A DNA stretch of 64,000 nt from an uncultured Dehalococcoidaceae bacterium (lineage in GTDB: Bacteria > Chloroflexota > Dehalococcoidia > Dehalococcoidales > RBG-16-60-22): NCBI GenBank assembly GCA_964409485.1, contig CAYPDM010000001.1, forward strand, positions 1,175-65,174. The letters run 5' to 3'. Positions 37,884 to 45,664 of this stretch are shown here, piece by piece; position 1 is the stretch's first letter, and each line of letters opens with the position of its first letter. The position numbers and the translations under genes are program-made. The notes under the pieces are model-generated. The model did not search any database, had not been told where the DNA came from, and was given only the letters and a program-made list of their open reading frames with translations.

Positions 37884-38840
37884 TTAGTCATAATGTACCC
37901 TGGGATCGAACCATCCATAGGAGATATCTACCAGAAGGTTAGAAAAAACAATACTTATCGCCATAATTAAAGCAACCGCCTGAACATAGGGGTAATCCTG
38001 GTTCATGACAGACGTCACTGCCAATCTACCCATCCCGGGGATATTGAATACCTGTTCAATTAGTACCGCCCCTCCCAGAATAGTTCCAACTCCCATGCCG
38101 GAAAGAGTAACCACAGGCATCATGCCGTTTTTCAGGGCGTGTTTCATTATTATCGCTCTCTCTCTCAAGCCCTTGGACCATGCTGTGCGGATATAGTCTT
38201 TGCGTATAACCTCAAGCATGCTGGAGCGAGCCTGACGGGCATTTCCGGCGATTGGTCCTAAAGCTAAACAAAAAACCGGCATGATGATTTGCTTGGTACT
38301 TAACCAAAAGTTTTCAAAAGGTGATGTATACCCCATCACCGGAAGCCACCTGAAATATAGAGCAAACACATATATTAATATAATACCCAACCAGAAAACA
38401 GGCACGGTTATCCCAATATTGGCTAAGGTGGTTACGAAGTTATCCAACCAGCCACCCCGTCTGACAGCGCACAGCACTCCTGCGGGGATGCCAATAACAA
38501 TAGCAATAATAAAAGCAAGTACACCAAGATGGAAAGTTATGGGCAAACGTCTGAGTATTTCTTGTATTACAGGAGAGCGATTAAGTATCGATCTTCCTAG
38601 GTCACCACGGAAAACGCCAGTAATCCAGTCGAAATATTGCATTGGTAGTGTTTTATCCAGTCCAAACTGATGCCTCACTTCATCAAGCTGCTCTTCGGTG
38701 ATTTCTTGTACGGAACTGGCCGACATATACATGAGCACCGGGTCACCCGGCAGAAGGCGCATTGCCAGAAAGACAAATAACGAGACCAGAAATAAGACTA
38801 TTACGGCCAGTATCAACCTTCGTATGATATATGTTGTCAT
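37884..38840 (-). CDS. ABC transporter permease (DppB/OppB-type)
   Basis: 318 aa. N-terminus MTTYIIRRLILAVIVLFLVSLFVFLAMRLLPGDP is characteristic of DppB/OppB. Confidence 0.85.
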   Translation of the reverse strand: MTTYIIRRLILAVIVLFLVSLFVFLAMRLLPGDPVLMYMSASSVQEITEEQLDEVRHQFGLDKTLPMQYFDWITGVFRGDLGRSILNRSPVIQEILRRLPITFHLGVLAFIIAIVIGIPAGVLCAVRRGGWLDNFVTTLANIGITVPVFWLGIILIYVFALYFRWLPVMGYTSPFENFWLSTKQIIMPVFCLALGPIAGNARQARSSMLEVIRKDYIRTAWSKGLRERAIIMKHALKNGMMPVVTLSGMGVGTILGGAVLIEQVFNIPGMGRLAVTSVMNQDYPYVQAVALIMAISIVFSNLLVDISYGWFDPRVHYD

Positions 38841-38885
38841 ATTAAGCCTTGGCCTTTATTCCAGAATGTTACCAAGTATAGGTTT

Positions 38886-40739
38886 TTAACGTGTTTTTAA
38901 GCCCAGTCCCTTCAGTTTGGAGGCGGTCGGTGTGCCGTTCTTATCCCAGCCGCGTTCGGCGTAGTACTCGTCGAGCATTTCATCGAGGTCCTTCTGGCTT
39001 ATAAGCTGCCCCTTGGATGCACCCGCCTTGATGGGTTCCGTCATGAGACGCTTGGGGAAGGTGTCGTCCTTGCGGGTGAAGCCCGCGCCGATATTGAACA
39101 GGCGGGCGACGTTATTCAACCTTTCCCCGATTTTCTCGATATCTCCGGCGGTGAAGTTCATTCCGGAGGCGGCGTTAACCAGGTCGGCGGTATTCTGGCA
39201 GGCTATCCCCGGCACCGCCATATCAAGCAGGAAGGCGCACATCGGGGCGCAGTCGCAGGTAACGCTGCGGATGTCTTGGTTCCACTTGGTCAGCCTTCCC
39301 TTACCTTCGATAGCCATTCTATCCACTTTTTCCGGCACGGGAATATCGAAGATTTCCTGGAAAGCGTAGCCCCGGTTGTGGTCAGCGCCGGTATAGGACG
39401 TGGCATAGTTAAGACCGTGCGCCTTGGCGCCCCGCACGTCGTAGGCTGGCAGTTCCAGTCCCTTAACGTGCATGGCGTAGAACTCGGAGCCCTTGCCGAT
39501 TATTTCGGCGGCTTTTCTGGTACCCTGACTAAGGATATCCCCGATGCCCTCGCGGTAGGTTATTTTACGCAGCATTTCCAGAAGGATGCTGTGGTTCCCG
39601 AACTTGAGTTCCAGTCCGTCAGTATCTTTTTTGGTGAGGATTCCCTTTTCGTAAAGCTCCATGGCGAACCCGATGGCCACACCTGCGGACATGGTATCCA
39701 GTCCATACTCGTCACAGAGACGATCGGCCGCGATTACCGCCGGTAAATAATCAATTCCCAGCGTGCTACCCAGCGAATAGGTTGTCTCATACTCGGGGCC
39801 TTCACTCATATAGCCTGCGTATGGCCCGGCTGTGACCAGTTTTATCTGGCTACAGCCTACCGGGCAGTCGTGACAGTGGGCTTTGTGGATAATCATCTTG
39901 GCTTGAGCCGCGTCACCGAGTCCCTTGACCATGTCGATTTCACCGGTAGCTGACCAGTTATTGATGGGATAGATGCCCATTGCCGAGGTAGCGTCTACGA
40001 CCATCGGCGTGCCCGATTTCGAAAACTGCGGATAGAGCACTGGACTTTCCTTCATGGCCTTGTTCATCGCCTGCCGGGCTTTCCTGAATTTCTCGGCATC
40101 GACCACATTAGGACGTTTAGTGCCTCGCACGGCGATGGCTTTGAGGTTCTTGGAGCCCATCACCGCCCCCAAACCCTTTCTTCCCGCAGCGCGGCGCTCG
40201 TTGACAATGCAGGCCATGGGACTCAGGTTCTCTCCGGCGGGGCCTATGCAGGCGATCCGGTAATTCTGGTCGCCGAGTTCATCCTTGATAACCAGCTGCG
40301 TATCGGTGGTCAACATGCCACTCACCTTATCGGCGTTGCGGAAACGCACCTTGCCGTCTTTGATGGCTACATAGGTGGGCTTTTCTGCTTTGCCTTCGAT
40401 GATTATCATGTCGTAGCCGGCCATTTTCATCTCGGCGGGGAACTGCCCACCGGCGAGGGCCATGCCGACGGCACCCGTCAGCGGCGACTTAGCCACCACG
40501 GCCATCCGGCTGGCACAGGCGGCTCCGGAAGCTGTCAGCGGCCCCACGGCAAAAATTAATTTATTCGCCGGGTCCAGCGCCGGTGTTTTCGGCTTCACTT
40601 CGTCGTAGAGGTATTTAATCGCAAACCCTGCCCCTCCCAGGTAATCCCGGACAAGCTCATCGGGGATTACTTCCTCCCGGCTGGTTTGGTCGGTGAGGTT
40701 TATTCTTAATATCTTGCCTGCATATCCACCTTTGTACAT
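38886..40739 (-). CDS. aor: aldehyde:ferredoxin oxidoreductase family enzyme, copy 2
   Basis: 617 aa. N-terminus GKILRINLTDQTSREE...YLGGAGFAIKY and CHDCPVGC (CX2CX3C). RBS AAGGAGG upstream. Confidence 0.85.
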   Translation of the reverse strand: MYKGGYAGKILRINLTDQTSREEVIPDELVRDYLGGAGFAIKYLYDEVKPKTPALDPANKLIFAVGPLTASGAACASRMAVVAKSPLTGAVGMALAGGQFPAEMKMAGYDMIIIEGKAEKPTYVAIKDGKVRFRNADKVSGMLTTDTQLVIKDELGDQNYRIACIGPAGENLSPMACIVNERRAAGRKGLGAVMGSKNLKAIAVRGTKRPNVVDAEKFRKARQAMNKAMKESPVLYPQFSKSGTPMVVDATSAMGIYPINNWSATGEIDMVKGLGDAAQAKMIIHKAHCHDCPVGCSQIKLVTAGPYAGYMSEGPEYETTYSLGSTLGIDYLPAVIAADRLCDEYGLDTMSAGVAIGFAMELYEKGILTKKDTDGLELKFGNHSILLEMLRKITYREGIGDILSQGTRKAAEIIGKGSEFYAMHVKGLELPAYDVRGAKAHGLNYATSYTGADHNRGYAFQEIFDIPVPEKVDRMAIEGKGRLTKWNQDIRSVTCDCAPMCAFLLDMAVPGIACQNTADLVNAASGMNFTAGDIEKIGERLNNVARLFNIGAGFTRKDDTFPKRLMTEPIKAGASKGQLISQKDLDEMLDEYYAERGWDKNGTPTASKLKGLGLKTR

Positions 40740-40804
40740 CGGATTACCTCCTTTTAGTATATGGTAATCATACTTACTATGGTCAGATCAATCCCAAACA
40801 AATC

Positions 40805-42019
40805 TTATTCAAAAATCCCTTCTAGTAGATACTTATCATACTCTTCCTCGGACATGCCTAACAGGTCTCGACAGATGTATTCTGTATGTTCACCGAGGCA
40901 GGGAGCGACGTTATACAGCCTCGCAGGTGTCTTTGATAATCGGGATGGTTGTCCCAGGTGCGAAAATCTCCCGAGCTCCTTATGGTTCTCAACCCAGAAA
41001 CACTCTCTTTCTTTCAGTTGCACATTGTTATACAGATCCTCTGCATTCTGAACAACGCCCGCAGCCACCCCCACTTTTTGAAGCATTCTCATAATTTCCT
41101 CAGCCTCATGTTGAGATGTCCACTGCTCTATCGACCGGTTAAGCTGCGCTTCGTTTTTCTTTCTGTCCGTAGCGGTACGGAATTCTGGCTTTTTCAGCCA
41201 GTCTGGTTCTCCAATTGCATTACAAAATGCCTGCCACTCCGTATCAGTAAGTACGCTGATAGCACACCAGCGGTCATCTCCTTTACACCGATAGACGCCA
41301 TGTGGCACTGCGTAATCGCTTGAATTTCCCCTTGCCTTCTCTTCTTTCTTGTTCACTAAATAATTGATCAGGGACGGGGCTAGAAGCTGGAGGCCGACCT
41401 CGAATTGAGAGACATCTATCAACTGCCCCTTGCCGGTTTTTCTCCGGTAATCTAACGCACCTATCAGGGCGGTAGCTGCGAAATGCGGTACTAAATAATC
41501 GGTATAAGCAACCATTAAAGATATTGGTTCTTGCTCCGGCCAACCAACGAGATTAACGATCCCGGCTAAACCGTTAATATGGTTGCCAAGCCCCGGATGG
41601 GTAGCCGCTGGGCCCGTCAAACCCTGGTTTGAATTACGTATCATGATGATGTCCGTTTTAATTTTTACCAGGTCATCGTAGCCCAATTTCCAACGCTCCA
41701 TCACCCCGGGTCTATGGCTATCCGCAACGACATCTGCGCTAGAAACTAATTTTCTGGCGATCTTCAAACCATTAGGTTTGTTCAGGTTAAGACTGATGCT
41801 GTATTTATTTGCGGCAAAATAGGCAAAGTAGCCGGCCCGATCAACTCCGGCAACCTCGTCTTTATATGGTGTGGATGTCCGCAGGAGGTCAGGCCGCTGG
41901 AAAGATTCTATACAGATCACCGTGGCGCCGTAGTCAGCCAGATATTTCAGGGTCAACGGACCGGCAATCGCCCAGCCAAAGTCGACGACTATTATCCCAT
42001 TAAAAACACTCTTATCCAT
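40805..42019 (-). CDS. family III (CaiB/BaiF-type) CoA-transferase, subunit/paralogue 2
   Basis: 404 aa. N-terminus GIIVVDFGWAIAGPLTLKYLADYGATVICIES fits the family III signature. Confidence 0.8.
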   Translation of the reverse strand: MDKSVFNGIIVVDFGWAIAGPLTLKYLADYGATVICIESFQRPDLLRTSTPYKDEVAGVDRAGYFAYFAANKYSISLNLNKPNGLKIARKLVSSADVVADSHRPGVMERWKLGYDDLVKIKTDIIMIRNSNQGLTGPAATHPGLGNHINGLAGIVNLVGWPEQEPISLMVAYTDYLVPHFAATALIGALDYRRKTGKGQLIDVSQFEVGLQLLAPSLINYLVNKKEEKARGNSSDYAVPHGVYRCKGDDRWCAISVLTDTEWQAFCNAIGEPDWLKKPEFRTATDRKKNEAQLNRSIEQWTSQHEAEEIMRMLQKVGVAAGVVQNAEDLYNNVQLKERECFWVENHKELGRFSHLGQPSRLSKTPARLYNVAPCLGEHTEYICRDLLGMSEEEYDKYLLEGIFE

Positions 42020-42062
42020 GTGTTTTTCTATTCGCTTTCAGTTTCCCAGGATTCGCCATGTT

Positions 42063-43316
42063 CTATATCACCCCCCTTTGCTGCAGAGCGGTCAGCTTGG
42101 AATGAGATAGACCCAGTTCACCCTGGTAAATATCGAGGTTATGTTCGCCAATTAAAGGAGCCCTGTGCTTAATCGTTAGCGGCGTTTGAGACAGCTTGGC
42201 GAAAGCACCGGGGTATGTAATGCTGGTTGATAGCTCGGGATGGTTGACCTCCACCCAGAAGTCCCTGGATTTCAACTGGGTATTTTCTAATATATCTTTA
42301 CTGGTGCAAACAGGGCATAACATTATTCCCCTTTTTTGAGCCTCATTGTAAAGTTCTTCTTTTGTATATTTCATGAACAGGCCGGCAATTGGAGCTTCTA
42401 TTAAGTCCTGCATCTCTTGAGTTTGATTCGCCATATCAAAAACTTCCCAGTCAAAGTCCTTCAAGTATTCGGGAACCATATTCTCCTCTTCCATCCACTC
42501 GACAATTGCCTTGTTAGTCTTGGCTCCGAAGGCACCACCCAAGATGTAAAATAGCACATATCCGTCCTGACATTTCCACAACAGACGTTGCTTGGTACCC
42601 GTCCACCGGCCAGTCATATAGGAGCCTGCTCGCCTCAAGACATTCTGGTTTAACTCCCAAAGAGGAATTGCGTTAGCAATCTCCCACAGCACACACTCCT
42701 GGGCTGATACATCGACGTGCTGCCCCTCCCCGCTGGTTTCACGATAGAAATGGGCCACCATTGAAGCGGCCGCGCTATGAGCCGAGGCGAGTAGAAAAAC
42801 CTGGGGCAGGCTGATCCTCAAAGGAGGTTGGTCTGGATTTCCCGTGATATACATCAGGCCACCCATAGCCATGACTACAATATCCGTCGCTTTATAATTC
42901 TTATACGGTCCATTAAGTCCAAAAGGTGTAATAGATGTCATTATCAAACGAGGATTTATCTTGCTTAGAGTCGTATAGCCAAGGCCAAGCTTGTCCAAAT
43001 AATCGGGCGTGAAAGATTCAATTACGAAGTCAGCTGTCTTGATTAATTTCTTGAAAATCTGCTGCCCATCTCTGGACTCGATATCTAGGGTAATACCTCG
43101 TTTGTTGAGATTATAGGCAAACCAATAAAGGCTTTTCTCGGGATTGGGGATATCATGATAAAAAGGTCCGAGGTTACGTGACTCGTCTCCTCCCGGGCTC
43201 TCGATCTTTATGACATCGGCTCCCAGGTCAGCGAGTATTTTACCGCAGAGAAAGCCTTTTTCGTTAGTTAAATCTAGCACACGATAAGAGTCCAGGAGCC
43301 CTTTTTGCTGTTCCAT
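42063..43316 (-). CDS. family III (CaiB/BaiF-type) CoA-transferase, subunit/paralogue 1
   Basis: 417 aa. YRVLDLTNEKGFLCGKILADLGADVIKIESPGGDESR fits the family III signature. Confidence 0.8.
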   Translation of the reverse strand: MEQQKGLLDSYRVLDLTNEKGFLCGKILADLGADVIKIESPGGDESRNLGPFYHDIPNPEKSLYWFAYNLNKRGITLDIESRDGQQIFKKLIKTADFVIESFTPDYLDKLGLGYTTLSKINPRLIMTSITPFGLNGPYKNYKATDIVVMAMGGLMYITGNPDQPPLRISLPQVFLLASAHSAAASMVAHFYRETSGEGQHVDVSAQECVLWEIANAIPLWELNQNVLRRAGSYMTGRWTGTKQRLLWKCQDGYVLFYILGGAFGAKTNKAIVEWMEEENMVPEYLKDFDWEVFDMANQTQEMQDLIEAPIAGLFMKYTKEELYNEAQKRGIMLCPVCTSKDILENTQLKSRDFWVEVNHPELSTSITYPGAFAKLSQTPLTIKHRAPLIGEHNLDIYQGELGLSHSKLTALQQRGVI

Positions 43317-43398
43317 ATACTAAAAACTTTCTTCTTAAACATCATTCGCATTACCAGCGTGAAAATTCTTTTAGAAATGGCGTTCAAAAAATATGAAC

Positions 43399-44607
43399 TC
43401 ATCCCGTTTTTGGGCGGGTCGGCTTTTTAATCTTACTCTGCAAACGCGTATTAAGGGGTGTAATTTGATTTTCTCTAGACGGTAGAGCTACGATGGCAAT
43501 GCCGGGCATTACATCTTCTCCCCTCTGGTTAACCGCATGGCGTTCAATCTCCACACAGTAATCCCCATCATCATCGACATATTTTTTGATAACTCTGCCT
43601 TTAAGCCAGACTACGTCTGATAGATAAACGAATTTTCTGTATTCGGCATAGCTCCTCTTCAACCATGCGTCATCTCCCATCCAGTTGGTAATTAGATGAA
43701 TTCCCCAACAGTGCCTCTGCAGACCGACATCATACGCCTGTGGAAGTCCCATAGCATTAGCGGCCTGTTTGTTGTAGTGAACGGCAAAGATCGGCTCAAG
43801 AGCATTTGTATTTGGATCCCTGAAAGCCCATGCTGGATGCTTGCGGTAAGTTCTTAATGACACACCATGTGCCGCTATCCTTGGTATGGGCACTCCCCCA
43901 CCGATAATGTAAGCGACCTCATCAGTAGTTCCTAATGGACCCTTGACGACTGGCTTTAGCTCTTCGCCAATGTCAACGTCCTCCCAGTAACGGGGGACAG
44001 CTCCTCTAATTTCTTCGGAGAGGATTTCATTCTCAATTTCTTTTAGCTGCTTTTCTGTCCAAGGATGAGGGAGCTTAATGCTTTTTTGGGTGCCTTTCTG
44101 CTGGGCTTTACCTCTGGCAAAGCGTACCACCCACCAATGATACCTGGCTACCAAATCACCTCTCTGGTTCCAGTACTGGTTATCGAAATGGTCGATGACA
44201 GTCTCCTCGGCAAAGCTGCTCTTCTTCGGCCCATCAAAGCTTTTAAAAACACACTCTGCGGTTATTTTATCACCGAGATATATTGGCTTTAGGAACTCAA
44301 CGTCACAGCCGGCATGAAAACCACCAAGCCCCCGCCATCCAAACTGCACCTGGGCAAAACATGCCCAGATAAAGGAGGGAGGAGCAATAATGCTCTTATA
44401 TCGTGTATTTTCGGCATAATCGGCATCAACCCATAATCTATTCGGGTCACCGATACCTGCTGCGAATTTTAATATGGCCATCCTAGTAGCATATTCATTA
44501 TGCGTAGAGTCATCGATACGGAGTTTTGTCCCCAGCTTTGCTCGCATTCCATCTATCATCTCTCGAGTAATCGAGGCAGTTTCCATTTTTATTTTCTCTT
44601 CTTTCAT
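43399..44607 (-). CDS. double hot-dog fold (FAS1-like dehydratase N-domain + MaoC-like) enoyl-CoA hydratase/dehydratase
   Basis: 402 aa. N-half ILKFAAGIGDPNRLWVDADYAENTRYKSIIAPPSF; C-half ends in a MaoC-like beta sheet (VVWLKGRVIKKYVDDDGDYCVEIERHAVNQRGEDV). The start could be the second ATG (44586). Confidence 0.55.
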   Translation of the reverse strand: MKEEKIKMETASITREMIDGMRAKLGTKLRIDDSTHNEYATRMAILKFAAGIGDPNRLWVDADYAENTRYKSIIAPPSFIWACFAQVQFGWRGLGGFHAGCDVEFLKPIYLGDKITAECVFKSFDGPKKSSFAEETVIDHFDNQYWNQRGDLVARYHWWVVRFARGKAQQKGTQKSIKLPHPWTEKQLKEIENEILSEEIRGAVPRYWEDVDIGEELKPVVKGPLGTTDEVAYIIGGGVPIPRIAAHGVSLRTYRKHPAWAFRDPNTNALEPIFAVHYNKQAANAMGLPQAYDVGLQRHCWGIHLITNWMGDDAWLKRSYAEYRKFVYLSDVVWLKGRVIKKYVDDDGDYCVEIERHAVNQRGEDVMPGIAIVALPSRENQITPLNTRLQSKIKKPTRPKTG

Positions 44608-44743
44608 AAAGCACTTCTTATATTAGAATATTTAGGTAATGAACCAGAATAAGTTACTATTTTATAAGGACTTGACCAATTGTGTATTTATATCACGAAA
44701 AGAACTCTAGTTTTACAAAATAAGAATATTTAGCTCCTTAAAA

Positions 44744-44804
44744 AATAATACGTGTACGTACATCATTTGTGATATAATATATCTTATAGGTTAATGATTG
44801 TCAA
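44744..44804. promoter_or_regulatory. promoter-operator cassette B in the divergent hydratase-operon / MarR intergenic region
   Basis: Minus strand: TTGACA 44804-44799, 17 nt, TATATT 44781-44776, 14 nt, GTACGTACACGTAT 44761-44748. Plus strand: extended -10 TGATATAAT 44770-44778. The flank AATAATACGTGTACGTAC (44744-44761) matches site A at 17 of 18 positions. Confidence 0.55.
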
Positions 44805-44920
44805 TTATTCAATGGAGCTTAAAGAAGATGCTCTTGATTTCACTGTTTAATTATTTTAAATTATATTAAGTCGTAAATTATGAAATAAAGAGGTAATGAA
44901 ATAAGGAAGGACTGAAAACG

Positions 44921-45427
44921 ATGAGTAAAGTCGAAGACAAAGAATATGACTTATGGATATTGTTAAGCCGGGTATATCACCTGATCGCTAAACTAAGAAA
45001 CTTAGAGCTTTTAAAATATAATATTCTACCGGTGCAATCTTATATTTTATTCATTATCAAAGCTCTCGGAAACGAAACTACCCCTACAGAAATATCCGGA
45101 TACGTGTATCAACAGAGAAGTTCAATCTCGGACATCCTCAATAGGATGGTAAAGCAAGGTCTAATAGTAAAAAGAAATCAATCGGGTGGGAATAGACGCG
45201 TAATAGTCACCTTAACTAACAATGGAGAAAGGGCTCTCGCCCTTTCCGCTGATAGAGAATATCTTCACAAAGTGATGTCCTCATTAACTGAGGGTAAAAA
45301 GCGGCAATTGGAATCATCCCTAGAAATGTTACGCGATGCCGCCATCAATGAACTTTCTGTAACCCAGAAGACAGTCATGCGGCCTTCTCTAATATCGGAG
45401 TATTATAGGAAGAAAAACCAATTGTAG
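44921..45427 (+). CDS. MarR-family winged-helix transcriptional regulator
   Basis: 168 aa. LLSRVYHLIAKLRNLELLKYNILPVQSYILFII...TPTEISGYVYQQRSSISDILNRMVKQGLIVKR shows the MarR wHTH pattern. RBS AAGGAAGG upstream. Confidence 0.8.
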   Translation: MSKVEDKEYDLWILLSRVYHLIAKLRNLELLKYNILPVQSYILFIIKALGNETTPTEISGYVYQQRSSISDILNRMVKQGLIVKRNQSGGNRRVIVTLTNNGERALALSADREYLHKVMSSLTEGKKRQLESSLEMLRDAAINELSVTQKTVMRPSLISEYYRKKNQL

Positions 45428-45664
45428 TTAGCGGCAGTTTTGATAATCAATTATTCACTATGAAACATCTGCAGTCGAAAAAAGTAAAAAACGTCGATAT
45501 ATTCTTTCCGAAAGTCGGATTAAGATTCCCGTTGTGGCAACTTTTATATACAGATAGTTGCTATAACTTTGATCTGCCCCCAGCGGTGGTAGTTTATGGT
45601 TAGGGAGAGGAGTGGTAAGTAACACGCATTCAGGGTAAGGTCGGCTCTTTAAAGGAGGCGGAAT

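Noticed and set aside
38886-40739. Impression that AOR copy 2 is a GC-rich insert inside an AT-rich operon
   Set aside because: Single-line hand counts (35/60 G+C at 39001-39060, versus 31-32/60 in the adjacent permease genes and 32/60 in the hydratase gene) are too noisy and too close to support a mosaic claim. Proper windowed statistics are needed.
45428-45664. 237-bp gap between the MarR gene and the GRE, checked for a fourth copy of the operator cassette, a terminator or a riboswitch
   Set aside because: There is no TACGTA-type palindrome, no TTGACA-N17-TATCAT and no convincing hairpin. The GRE may simply be co-transcribed with marR.
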